A stretch of DNA of 56,644 bases. It comes from Microbacteriaceae bacterium (GTDB taxonomy: Bacteria > Actinomycetota > Actinomycetes > Actinomycetales > Microbacteriaceae). Within the stretch, counting starts at the first letter, position 1. Every line of letters begins with the position of its first letter. The position numbers and the translations under genes were made by a program. The DNA lies in contig JAYWDH010000185.1 of NCBI GenBank assembly GCA_043779945.1, positions 1 to 56,644 on the forward strand, given 5' to 3'. Shown one piece after another: positions 19,571 to 28,355 of the stretch. The notes beneath the pieces are model-generated. The model was given only the letters and a program-made list of their open reading frames with translations, was not told the DNA's origin and did not search any database.

Positions 19571-20659
19571 TCAGACCAGGACGGTGGACGAGGCGAGCTT
19601 GTGCACACCCCGCGCGGCGCCGCGGGACTTCAGGGCGAAGACGAAGGCCAGAACCTGAGCCACGGCGCTGTACAGCTCTTGCGGGATCTCGTCGCCAACC
19701 TCGCAGACCTTGTTGAGCGTGCGGGCGAGCGGAATATCGTGAACCATCGGGATGCGATGCGCTGTGGCATTCTCGCGAATCCGGGTGGCGACCTCGTCGA
19801 CCCCCTTCGCCACGACGCGCGGTGCGGACTTGCCGGGCTCGTACTTCAGGGCAACGGCGATGTGGGTCGGGTTCAACACCACGACGTCCGCGGTGCCGAC
19901 CGCATCCATCATCCGGCGGCGGCTCATCGCGAAGGCCCGCGCGCGGCGCTGGCCCTTGATCAGCGGGTCGCCCTCTGAGCTCCTGTTCTCGTCTTTTACC
20001 TCGCGCTTCGACATCCGCATGCGTTTGAGATTGCGGCGGCGGATGACCAGCACGTCGAGCCCGGCAACCACGAGGCCAGCGAGGACGGCCGTTTCCAGCA
20101 GCACCGTCAAACTCGACCCCGCGATACCGATGACCTCGTTGAGCGGCAGGAAGCCAGAGCCGATCAGTTGCGGAACCACACTCTGGATCACGCTGACCAG
20201 CACCAGCCCGACCACGGCGGTCTTGAGGAGGGCCTTCGCGCCTTCCCAGAGCGCCTGTGTGCCGAAGATGCGCTTGAGGCCCGCGATCGGATCGAAGCTC
20301 TTGAACGAGACTGAGAACGTCTTGATGTGTGGGCCGCCCTGCAATGCGGCGCCCGCTACGACCGCGATGACCACGGAGGCGAAGATCGGCGAGAGCGTCG
20401 GGATGATGCTGCCGAAGCCGGTGTTGAGCATCTGCAGCGCGCGCGCTGGTGTCGGGTCGTCGATCACCTGCCCCACGAGTGCGAACTGGCTCTGCGCGTT
20501 GGACCGCACCGCCTCGATGAGCGCTGGCATCGCGGCGGCGGCGGCCCCGACCGAGAGCCAGGCTCCGAGATCTTTCGAACTGGACAGCTCGCCCTTGCGA
20601 CGGACCTCCTGTGCGCGCTTCTCGGTCGCCTGTTCGGTGCGTTCCTGCGAATCCGCCAT
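19571..20659 (-). CDS. flhB: Flagellar export specificity switch FlhB
   Basis: ERTE.AT, RMSK.EVKDE...EGDP, autocleavage NPTH, AP.VVAKG. Confidence 0.95.
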   Translation of the reverse strand: MADSQERTEQATEKRAQEVRRKGELSSSKDLGAWLSVGAAAAAMPALIEAVRSNAQSQFALVGQVIDDPTPARALQMLNTGFGSIIPTLSPIFASVVIAVVAGAALQGGPHIKTFSVSFKSFDPIAGLKRIFGTQALWEGAKALLKTAVVGLVLVSVIQSVVPQLIGSGFLPLNEVIGIAGSSLTVLLETAVLAGLVVAGLDVLVIRRRNLKRMRMSKREVKDENRSSEGDPLIKGQRRARAFAMSRRRMMDAVGTADVVVLNPTHIAVALKYEPGKSAPRVVAKGVDEVATRIRENATAHRIPMVHDIPLARTLNKVCEVGDEIPQELYSAVAQVLAFVFALKSRGAARGVHKLASSTVLV

Positions 20660-21411
20660 TATCCGACGCGTCCGAGCATGCCCATCCCGGAGTCCAGGAC
20701 AGACGAGACGACCCCGGGCAGGAGCACGTAGACTACGCCCGCGAACGAGATGGTGATCAAGATCTTCAGCGGGTAGCCGAGCGAGAAGGCGTTGAGCGCC
20801 GGCGCGACCCGAGTCAGTAGGCCGAGGCCGGCATCCGCGAGGAAGAGCACGAGGATGAGCGGCCCGGCAATCTGCGCGGAGGCGAGGAACATCTGGCCGA
20901 AGCCCTTCGCTAGCGCTCCCCCCATCACCGAGAAGTCGGGCGCGCCGCTCACTGGGATGGCAGTGAAGGATCGGGTGACCCCTGCCACGACCATCTGGTA
21001 GCCGTTCGTGGTGAACAGCAGGGCGATCGCCGTGATCTGGAACAGCCGGGTGAACTGAGCGCCGTTGACAAGCGACTGCGGGTCGTACCCCTGGGCCAGT
21101 TGAAAGCCGCCGAACAGGTCGATCAGGCCGCCGGCCGACTGCAGCGCCGCGAAGGCAAGCTGGATCACGAAGCCGAGCGCGAGTCCGACGATGACCTGCA
21201 TGATCAGCCTCTCGAGAAAGGCGCCGGTGTCGAGTGGCTGCTGCTGCCCCAGCGTCGGCGCGACAGCGATCGCGAGTCCGAGTGCGAGCATGACTCGGAC
21301 TCGGGTGGGGATAGCCCCGTGGGAGAACGGCGGTGCGACCAAGAGGAACGCAACGATCCGGACTCCCGCGAGGAGCACGGTCTCGAGCCAGCCGAATGCG
21401 AACAGCGACAT
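20659..21411 (-). CDS. fliR: Flagellar export protein FliR
   Basis: R..A.....PPF, AG..ID...G, GLL.RVAP.LN.F...YPLKI. Confidence 0.92.
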   Translation of the reverse strand: MSLFAFGWLETVLLAGVRIVAFLLVAPPFSHGAIPTRVRVMLALGLAIAVAPTLGQQQPLDTGAFLERLIMQVIVGLALGFVIQLAFAALQSAGGLIDLFGGFQLAQGYDPQSLVNGAQFTRLFQITAIALLFTTNGYQMVVAGVTRSFTAIPVSGAPDFSVMGGALAKGFGQMFLASAQIAGPLILVLFLADAGLGLLTRVAPALNAFSLGYPLKILITISFAGVVYVLLPGVVSSVLDSGMGMLGRVG

Positions 21412-21412
21412 T

Positions 21413-21685
21413 TCAGTGGCCGATCAGCGACGGGATCTGATGGAACAGGTTGGTGGTGAAGCTGACGATCACCGCGATCATCCATTGCCCACAGATGACC
21501 AGCGCGATTGAGACGGCCACCGCCTTCGGGACGAAGGAGAGGCTGGTCTCCTGGATCTGGGTGATCGACTGGAAGACCGAGATCGCGAAGCCGACAACCA
21601 GGGCTGTGACAAGAATCGGGGCCGCCAGTTCGCCGGCGGTCAACAGCGCCTGAACGCCGATATCGATGAGGCTGGACGGGTTCAC
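21413..21685 (-). CDS. fliQ: Flagellar export protein FliQ
   Basis: ISVFQSITQIQE.SLSFVPK, G.WM. Confidence 0.95.
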   Translation of the reverse strand: MNPSSLIDIGVQALLTAGELAAPILVTALVVGFAISVFQSITQIQETSLSFVPKAVAVSIALVICGQWMIAVIVSFTTNLFHQIPSLIGH

Positions 21686-22542
21686 TTGATGCCCCCGTAG
21701 CTGCCGACGAGCGTGGTGATGAGCAGCCCCCAGCCATCGACGAGCACGAACAGCAGGATCTTGAATGGCAATGACACCATCACGGGCGGAAGCATCATCA
21801 TGCCCATCGCCATGAGCGACGACGACACCACGATGTCGACGACGAGGAACGGAATGAAGATGACGAACCCGATGATGAAGGCCGAGCGGAGTTCCGAGAT
21901 CATGAAAGCGGGAATCAGTGTGGCGAGGGGCACGTGACCCGGTGATGAGGGGTTGGCGCGACCCGCGGCGCGAGTCATCAGGGCTAAATCCTCCTGCCGG
22001 GTGTTCGCGACCATGAAATGTCGGAGCGGAGTCTCCGCGAGTGAGATCGCGTGCTGCAGGTCGATGGAACCGTTCAGGTATGGCTGCAGCGCGTGCAGGT
22101 TGATGTTAGAGATCACCGGCCACATGATGAAGACGGAGAGGAACAGGGCGAGTCCGGCGAGCACCTGGTTCGGCGGGATGGTCTGCAACCCAAGGGCATT
22201 GCGTGTCATCGCGAGCACTACGAAAATCTTCGTGAACGACGACACCATGAGGATGAGCGAGGGCGCGATCGACAACAGCGTGATCCCGATGATGACGAGG
22301 ATGCTGTCTGAGGGCGTGCCGTTGGGACCGTTGAGAGTGCTCTGGATCAGCCCGTCGACCGAGGGTGCGGTCGGGCTCGGGACGGGCGTCGGCGCTATGA
22401 CGGTGCTGGCGGCGGTGGCCGTGAGTGCGGGCCCGAGCAGGGCCAGCCCGAATCCCGTGATGACCGTGACGGTCGACGCGATGCCGACGCGACGCGCGAC
22501 GGTGGCACTGGTGACGAAGCTGCGAGTGGCGCTGCGCGACAT
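21682..22542 (-). CDS. fliP: Flagellar export protein FliP
   Basis: SSFTKI.VVL..RNALG.Q..PPNQVL, PAF.ISEL, MGMMMLPP, KILLFVLVDGW. Confidence 0.96.
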   Translation of the reverse strand: MSRSATRSFVTSATVARRVGIASTVTVITGFGLALLGPALTATAASTVIAPTPVPSPTAPSVDGLIQSTLNGPNGTPSDSILVIIGITLLSIAPSLILMVSSFTKIFVVLAMTRNALGLQTIPPNQVLAGLALFLSVFIMWPVISNINLHALQPYLNGSIDLQHAISLAETPLRHFMVANTRQEDLALMTRAAGRANPSSPGHVPLATLIPAFMISELRSAFIIGFVIFIPFLVVDIVVSSSLMAMGMMMLPPVMVSLPFKILLFVLVDGWGLLITTLVGSYGGIK

Positions 22543-23018
22543 CAGCGGCCCGCCCGGATCGCGACCCAGGCCTGCTTCCAGGTCGCCGCGGAGAACACCG
22601 AGCCCGCGAGCCTCGACGAGGAGTCGGCGAATGCGGCATCGATCGCCGGGTTTCGCGCGAGCCGTACTGGCGTGGGCGCGCCCCCCGCGGTCGCCCCTTC
22701 GGCGACGGTGAGTTTCTTTGCGAACTGGTATGAACGGTCGGCAACCGCCTCGGCGGCAGTCTCCTGAACGAGCTCCACCTCGTTGTGCAGCACGGTGACC
22801 CCGTGCTCACTGACGCCGAGCAGGAAGCGCCTGCCGCCGAAGTCGACGACGGCGACACTGACCTTGGGCCCGAGGTTCTGGCGCGCGACAAGCAAGATGG
22901 GCTTGCGTGTGCGACGGTCTTTGCCCGCGGCCGAGTTGCGCCGCCGCAGAAACCAGATGGCCGCGATGACAACCCCGAGCGCCACAATGACGCGGAGCGC
23001 CAGGAGCAGGGAGTCCAC
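22542..23018 (-). CDS. fliO: Flagellar protein FliO
   Basis: N-terminal TM, R..LG.K.SVAVV...G.RFLLGVSE. Located between fliN and fliP. Confidence 0.85.
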   Translation of the reverse strand: MDSLLLALRVIVALGVVIAAIWFLRRRNSAAGKDRRTRKPILLVARQNLGPKVSVAVVDFGGRRFLLGVSEHGVTVLHNEVELVQETAAEAVADRSYQFAKKLTVAEGATAGGAPTPVRLARNPAIDAAFADSSSRLAGSVFSAATWKQAWVAIRAGR

Positions 23019-23738
23019 TCAGCGGACCTTAACCTCTGCGTTGTCGAGAATCCGGGTAACACGCACCGCGAACTCCTGGTCGACGACGACGACCTCGCCG
23101 TGCGCGATCAACCGCCCGTTGAGCAGGATGTCTGCGGGTGCGCCGACCGCGCGATCAAGTTCGACCACGGCACCGACTTCGAGGCCCAGCACGTTGCGGA
23201 TCGGCATCCGAGTGCGACCGATCTCCACGGTGAGGGTCATCTCGACCTCGTTGAGGCGGTTGAGCCGCCCCTCGATCGACTTCGGCGAGAGCTCGGAAGC
23301 GGTTCCAGGGACGATCTGGCTTCGAACTCGGATGACGTACCAGCCCAAGACGGCGTCATCGGAAAGCAGCTCGAAGATGCGGGAGTCCGGGTCCGAGAAC
23401 AGCAGCGCGGCATCCCCCTCGACCGCGTCGCTCAGCACGCCGACTCCGAGTGCCGACGCGCTCTGTTGCAGGGCGGGCACGATCACATCTGTTGGCTTCA
23501 CGAGGCGCTTCGAGCCGGAGGCTTTGGCCAGAAAACCAGTGTCGAGGAGCACCAGCGCCAGGTCGGCGGAGGTCTCGCCGACGTAGCTCGCCAGGATCGC
23601 CGTGGTGACGGCTTCCGGCAGGGGCAAGGGCGCTGTCGCATCGACGGCGCGCAGGGTGCTCGCGCCCGGCATGTGCAGAATCAGCGCATCGACGGCGCTC
23701 TGCGGCAAGGTCGACATGGTTGACGTTGTTTTGGTCAC
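23019..23738 (-). CDS. fliN: Flagellar switch protein FliN (long form, FliY-like N-terminal extension)
   Basis: C-terminal SPOA domain VEIGRT, G.VVELDR..G.P.DI..NG..IA.GEVVVVD..F.VRVT. Confidence 0.9.
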   Translation of the reverse strand: MTKTTSTMSTLPQSAVDALILHMPGASTLRAVDATAPLPLPEAVTTAILASYVGETSADLALVLLDTGFLAKASGSKRLVKPTDVIVPALQQSASALGVGVLSDAVEGDAALLFSDPDSRIFELLSDDAVLGWYVIRVRSQIVPGTASELSPKSIEGRLNRLNEVEMTLTVEIGRTRMPIRNVLGLEVGAVVELDRAVGAPADILLNGRLIAHGEVVVVDQEFAVRVTRILDNAEVKVR

Positions 23739-24631
23739 GAGTGCTCCTCCAGAGAGACGATGACGCAGGCCAACCGGGTCGCATTTGCTCCGACTGCGGC
23801 TCCTGCGATGGTGACGTCGTCGACGACGACGTCGAGGGGACGGTTTTGAGCGTGGGGCAGCCGGATGATATCGCCGTCGCCGAGCCCAAGGATGTCGGAG
23901 GGCTTGACGGTCGCCGGTGCCAGGCGAAGTGCCAGCGAGATGGGAACTTGAGCCAGTTGCACTGTGGTGCGCTCGCTCGCTGCCGCCCCCTTCTTGCCGT
24001 TCGTTTCAGCGTCGGGTAGGCCATCGAGTGGGATCGCGAGGGTGGTGGGCGAAAGCGTGTCGCCGATGGCGACCACGAAGCGTGCCACCAGCATGAACTG
24101 GCCGGCTCCAGCTGCCTGAGCCGTTTGCGAGCTGAACTGGATATTGTCCAGACTCAGCGGGCTGTCTACCAGCGCGCCGAGCGAGTATGCGAGATCCTCG
24201 AGCAGGTATCCGATCAGGCGGCCCAGGATCGTGCTCTCGATCTGGGTGAAGGCGCGTGCGGGAGCGGGGATCCCGGCGTTGCCGCCCAGCATCCGGCCGA
24301 CCCAGCCGAGAGCGGTGTCCTGGTCGAACTGCAGCACGGCCCGGTCGCTGAGCCCGGCGACCCGCACAATGACCATGGCGGTTTCTTCGGGGAGGTGGTC
24401 GGCGTACTCGCCGTAGTGCTCGACGTCGAGCGACTCCATCTGAACTTGCGCGACGGTGTGCGTCATCGCAGTCAGCTGTGTCGCCCACTGCCGCGAGAAG
24501 TTCTCGAGGGCGAGGGTGAGCGCGCGCATGCGCTCGCGACCGAGCGTCGTCGGACGCTGAAAGTCGTAGACCTCGATCGTCGGCGTCGCCGCTGGGCGCA
24601 CATCCGTATCGCCCGAAACCTGAACCGTCAT
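23735..24631 (-). CDS. fliM: Flagellar switch protein FliM
   Basis: YDFQRP, E.FSR, 'RMLGG', 'R.FTQIE', C-terminal SPOA domain. ATG 24631 lies directly after a sigma28 -10. Confidence 0.9.
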   Translation of the reverse strand: MTVQVSGDTDVRPAATPTIEVYDFQRPTTLGRERMRALTLALENFSRQWATQLTAMTHTVAQVQMESLDVEHYGEYADHLPEETAMVIVRVAGLSDRAVLQFDQDTALGWVGRMLGGNAGIPAPARAFTQIESTILGRLIGYLLEDLAYSLGALVDSPLSLDNIQFSSQTAQAAGAGQFMLVARFVVAIGDTLSPTTLAIPLDGLPDAETNGKKGAAASERTTVQLAQVPISLALRLAPATVKPSDILGLGDGDIIRLPHAQNRPLDVVVDDVTIAGAAVGANATRLACVIVSLEEHS

Positions 24632-24639
24632 GCTCAGCA

Positions 24640-24667
24640 CTATCGGCGCGCCCACTCGGGCGGTTAG
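24640..24667 (-). promoter_or_regulatory. sigma28-type promoter of fliM...csrA unit (probably leaderless)
   Basis: Minus strand CTAAC-N15-GCCGATAG, 8 nt before the fliM ATG. Confidence 0.8.
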
Positions 24668-24677
24668 GCGCGCCAGG

Positions 24678-25475
24678 CTATTTCTCGGCGGCGAGAACCT
24701 CGGCCATCACCGCCTTAACGCTGTCGGTGCCTGCGGTGAGCACCACGATGTCGACCCTCCGGTTCAGCGGCCACTGGCCCTGCGGCATGTCCGCGGCGAG
24801 TGGTCGGGCCGAACCGTACGACGAGGAGTAGATCTGCCCCTGGGGCACCCCGTTTGACCCCACCAGGTACTTGAGCACCGCGGTCGAGCGCGCGGACGCG
24901 AGATCCCAGTCCGTTTGATAAGGCGCTGGACTGGAATGGCTGTCGGCGTGGCCCTCGATCGCGACCTGGTTGGGAATCGTCGTGAGCACGGGCCCGATGA
25001 CGTTCAGGATGCGGCCGGTCGACGGTTGCAGCACCGCGCTGTTCCCGGTGAAGAACGACGCTGCCCCCACCAGGCTGATGGTCAGTCCGTCGCTGGTGAT
25101 TGACATCGACACGTTGGACGAGAGGCCCTCGGCCTGCAGCGAATGAGCGATTGAGTCTTTCACCGTGTTCAGTGCCGTCACCTGGCGCATCGCGGCGTTG
25201 TAGTTGGTGGTGTCTACGCCCTTCTTGCCGGCGTCGGCCGCCGGCACGACGATGCCGGTCGCGGTGTCGAGCTTCTGGCTCTTGGTGACGCCGAAACCGG
25301 TGGAGAGAGCGAGTCTGAGCTTGTCGAACTTGTCCTTGTCGACAGTCGACATCGCGTAGAGCACGATGAACAGGCACATCAGCACGGTGACCATGTCCAT
25401 GTAGGAAGTGGTCCAGCGTTCGCTGCTGCCCTCCTCGTGCTCGCCGGTGTGCGAAATCTTGCGCCGCCGGCTCAT
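24678..25475 (-). CDS. motB: Flagellar stator MotB
   Basis: ERW..SY.DM.T.L..LFIVLYA with conserved Asp, and OmpA-like domain IEGHAD, W.LA..R, NRRV.I. Confidence 0.93.
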   Translation of the reverse strand: MSRRRKISHTGEHEEGSSERWTTSYMDMVTVLMCLFIVLYAMSTVDKDKFDKLRLALSTGFGVTKSQKLDTATGIVVPAADAGKKGVDTTNYNAAMRQVTALNTVKDSIAHSLQAEGLSSNVSMSITSDGLTISLVGAASFFTGNSAVLQPSTGRILNVIGPVLTTIPNQVAIEGHADSHSSPAPYQTDWDLASARSTAVLKYLVGSNGVPQGQIYSSSYGSARPLAADMPQGQWPLNRRVDIVVLTAGTDSVKAVMAEVLAAEK

Positions 25476-26290
25476 GCCGCCGCCTTCAGAGGCTTGCTCT
25501 TGCTAGAAGGCTCGTCCGAGCCCCTGTTAGAGCCCTTCCCCTTCTCGGTGACGTTGATCATCGCGCGCAAGCGCTCCCCAACCACGCGCGGCTGGCTGCC
25601 CTCCTGCACAGCGAGCACCCCCTCCAGCAACACGTGCATGCGCTCGATATTCAGGTCAGCGAGGCGCGTGAGACGGGCACCGAGCGGTAGCCAGAGGATG
25701 TTGGCCGAGAGGACGCCCCACAGGGTGGCGACGAAGGCTCCGGCGATAGAGGGGCCGAGCGTCGCGGGATCCGAGAGGTGCTCGAGAACGTGAGTAAGGG
25801 AGATCACCGTGCCGATGATGCCGATGGTCGGGGCGTAACCGCCGAGACCGTTGAAGAACTTGGCTGCGGCGCGCTGGTCGCGTTCCGAGGTTGCCACCTG
25901 CTCCTCAAGCAGGGTGCGCAACTCCTCGGCGTCCATTCCGTCTGCGATGTTCTGTAGTGCCGATTTCAGGAACGGATCCTTCACGTTCTGCGCTTCGGCC
26001 TCCAAAGCGAGCAGCCCTTCCTTGCGCGCCTTGTCGGCGATCGCCACGACCTCGTCGATCAATCCAGCCGGCTGAACCAGCTTGCCCTTCATAGCGATCG
26101 GGATCGCCTTCGCGGCGCGGACCATGTCGGGGATGGTTCCGCTCGCGATGCCGACCGCGATAGTCGCGCCGAACACGAGGATCATCGGGGCGGGGAGGAA
26201 CAGCGAGCTCAGGCTTGAGCCCTCCATGAAGACCATCGAGCCGATGGATCCGAAGGCAATGATCAGGCCGATGATCGTTGCCGGATCCAT
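25472..26290 (-). CDS. motA: Flagellar stator MotA
   Basis: ARKEGLLALE, DPFL, GGYAPTIGIIGTV, AFVATL.G, EG...QEG..P. Confidence 0.94.
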   Translation of the reverse strand: MDPATIIGLIIAFGSIGSMVFMEGSSLSSLFLPAPMILVFGATIAVGIASGTIPDMVRAAKAIPIAMKGKLVQPAGLIDEVVAIADKARKEGLLALEAEAQNVKDPFLKSALQNIADGMDAEELRTLLEEQVATSERDQRAAAKFFNGLGGYAPTIGIIGTVISLTHVLEHLSDPATLGPSIAGAFVATLWGVLSANILWLPLGARLTRLADLNIERMHVLLEGVLAVQEGSQPRVVGERLRAMINVTEKGKGSNRGSDEPSSKSKPLKAAA

Positions 26291-26583
26291 CAGCTAGACC
26301 GTTCGCGCGACGTTAGCGTGGTGCGAGCGGGCTGCTCAGGAAAGCGGACGAGTTTGCCCTCCGCCTCGCGACGGCCCGGGTCGAGGTCGTGGAATCGGGC
26401 GAGCGAGATGATGCGGGCGCGGTACCGCGCCATGAGGTCGATGACCTCATCCATCGTCTCGGTCACGATGTATGTCGTCCCGTCCACGAGTGTGAGCGTC
26501 GTGTCTGGGTTGCTGTGCATCCGCTCGACGAGATCGGGGTTGACTGCAAAATGGCTGTCATTCAGCCGCGTAAGAATGATCAT
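26290..26583 (-). CDS. flbD: Flagellar protein FlbD (SwrD family)
   Basis: MI.LTRLN...F.VNPDL.E....PDT.LTL.DG..Y.V.E. Confidence 0.9.
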   Translation of the reverse strand: MIILTRLNDSHFAVNPDLVERMHSNPDTTLTLVDGTTYIVTETMDEVIDLMARYRARIISLARFHDLDPGRREAEGKLVRFPEQPARTTLTSRERSS

Positions 26584-26632
26584 GGTGGCTTTCCTTGCCC
26601 TGGATATTCGCCTTCAATGGCTTCAGTTCACA

Positions 26633-26660
26633 CTGTCGGTCGATCGGCGCCGCAGGTTAG
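26633..26660 (-). promoter_or_regulatory. sigma28-type promoter of flbD-motAB
   Basis: Minus strand CTAAC-N15-ACCGACAG. Confidence 0.72.
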
Positions 26661-26677
26661 TTTGCGGCGCCGATCGA
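26640..26677. terminator. 15-bp perfect inverted repeat downstream of flgE (likely terminator), overlapping the flbD promoter
   Basis: tcgatcggcgccgca-ggttagtt-tgcggcgccgatcga. Confidence 0.65.
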
Positions 26678-26686
26678 TCACGTCGC

Positions 26687-27862
26687 TCAGCGCTGCATCT
26701 GGTTCAGGTCCTGCAGGATCTGGTCGGACGTGGTGATGATCCGGGCGTTCGCCTCGAAGCCGCGCTGGGCCACGATGAGGTTGGAGAACTCTTGTGTCAG
26801 GTCGACGTTGGACATTTCCAGCGAGCCGCCTACCAGGGTGCCGAGGCCGTTCGTGCCCGCGATCCCGAAGCTGGCGGCGCCGGAGGCGATCGTCGGGCTG
26901 TAGTCGGAGGAACCCGACTTGGCCAGGCCCCCCGGGTTGGTGAAGTTGGCCAAAGCAATCTGCGCGATGGTCTCGGTAGAACCGTTGCTGTACGAGCCGA
27001 TCAGCTTGCCATCGCTGGAAAGGCTGTACGACTGCAGCGTGCCCGATGCCCGGCCGTCCTGGCCCGACAGGGAGGCGGTCTGCAGGGCGGCATACCCAGT
27101 GGTCGAAGACATGTCAACCGTGACTCCGCCGACTGAGATGGATCCGCCGGAGGTGAGCGCCCCGCCCGCAAAAGTCATGCTCGTTGCGCCGGTAGCGCCC
27201 GTCCCGTCGCTGCCGGAGACATCCCAGCCGGTTGCCGACTTCGTAAAGGTCAGGTTCAGATTGCGCGAGGCGCCCGCGGCGTCGTACACGCCCTCGGTCT
27301 GCGTGAAGGTGGTGCCGACCGCGGCATCTGAAGGAAGGTTACCGGTGAGGGTGGATTTGGTGGTTGCGACAGCCGGGGCGACCGAGTTCTTCGGCAGCGT
27401 GATCGTGCTGAGCTTCGCGTTGCCCGCGGCGACGACGCCGTTGGTCGCGGTCCAGCCCTGAACAAGCGAACCGTCCGGAGCGGTGAGCTGTCCGTCGGCG
27501 TCGAAGGCGAAGCTCCCAGCGCGCGTGTACATGGTCTGACCGCCGGACTTGACGGTGAAGAACCCGTCCCCCGAGATCATCATGTCGGTCGGCTTGCCGG
27601 TCGAACTGGTCGAACCCTGGGTGAAATCGGTAGCGATGCCAGCGACCTTCACGCCAAGACCGACCTGCGCCGGATTGGTGCTGCCGACCTCCGCGTTGCT
27701 CCCGCCGGCAGAGTGGAGCATCTGCGAGAGCGTGTCCTCAAACTGGGTCGAGCTGGACTTGAAGCCGTTGGTGTTGACGTTGGCGATGTTGTTGGCCGTG
27801 ACGTCGAGCATGGTCTGGTGGGCCTGGAGGCCCGAGATGCCGGAATCGAGCGAGCGGAGCAT
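26687..27862 (-). CDS. flgE: Flagellar hook protein FlgE
   Basis: MLRSL.SG.SGL..HQ..LDV.ANNIANVNT.GFK, I.GDGFF, YTRAG.F, LEMSNVDL..EF..LI.AQRGF.AN. Confidence 0.93.
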   Translation of the reverse strand: MLRSLDSGISGLQAHQTMLDVTANNIANVNTNGFKSSSTQFEDTLSQMLHSAGGSNAEVGSTNPAQVGLGVKVAGIATDFTQGSTSSTGKPTDMMISGDGFFTVKSGGQTMYTRAGSFAFDADGQLTAPDGSLVQGWTATNGVVAAGNAKLSTITLPKNSVAPAVATTKSTLTGNLPSDAAVGTTFTQTEGVYDAAGASRNLNLTFTKSATGWDVSGSDGTGATGATSMTFAGGALTSGGSISVGGVTVDMSSTTGYAALQTASLSGQDGRASGTLQSYSLSSDGKLIGSYSNGSTETIAQIALANFTNPGGLAKSGSSDYSPTIASGAASFGIAGTNGLGTLVGGSLEMSNVDLTQEFSNLIVAQRGFEANARIITTSDQILQDLNQMQR

Positions 27863-27906
27863 GGTGGGATCCTTTTCTTCGGTGTGGTGTGACGGTTCGT
27901 CGGTGC

Positions 27907-28335
27907 TTAGGCGGTCTTGTTGACTGCTGTGAGGGAACTGAGGGCGACGGAGACGCCGCCGATCGTGACGGTCGGTGTGGTGGCGCTGAACGAGGCGCCA
28001 GTGACTTCGCCCGAGATGGTCGATCCTGTGGAGTCGAGGTACGACGCTGTCAGGCCGATGAGCTGGGATGCCGACTCGCGCTGCTGCAACGAGTAGTTGC
28101 TGGTCTGCGTGGCCGACAGGGTCGCGAGGGCCTGCATGGAAGCCAACTGCGAGGTCTGCGTGATCAGCGAGTTGCTGTCCATCGGCGAACTTGGGTCCTG
28201 GGTCTTGAGTTGCGTCACCAACAGCTGAAGGAACATCTGCGAGTTCATCTGCTGATTGGCACCCTTGGTCCCGGTGGTCGCGGAGGTGTACAGCGAAGCG
28301 GATGCTCCGTCGTTGCTGATGGCGGTGATGGTCAT
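27907..28335 (-). CDS. flgD: Hook capping protein FlgD
   Basis: FLQLLVTQL..QDP..PMD, Q..Q, 'LIG'. Confidence 0.92.
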   Translation of the reverse strand: MTITAISNDGASASLYTSATTGTKGANQQMNSQMFLQLLVTQLKTQDPSSPMDSNSLITQTSQLASMQALATLSATQTSNYSLQQRESASQLIGLTASYLDSTGSTISGEVTGASFSATTPTVTIGGVSVALSSLTAVNKTA

Positions 28336-28355
28336 CGGTCGCGGTCCTTAATCTT

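Noticed and set aside
24678-25475. Na+-driven stator
   Set aside because: The MotB TM reads FIVLYA, the Val-containing H+-type pattern, rather than the FILLF pattern of MotS/PomB.
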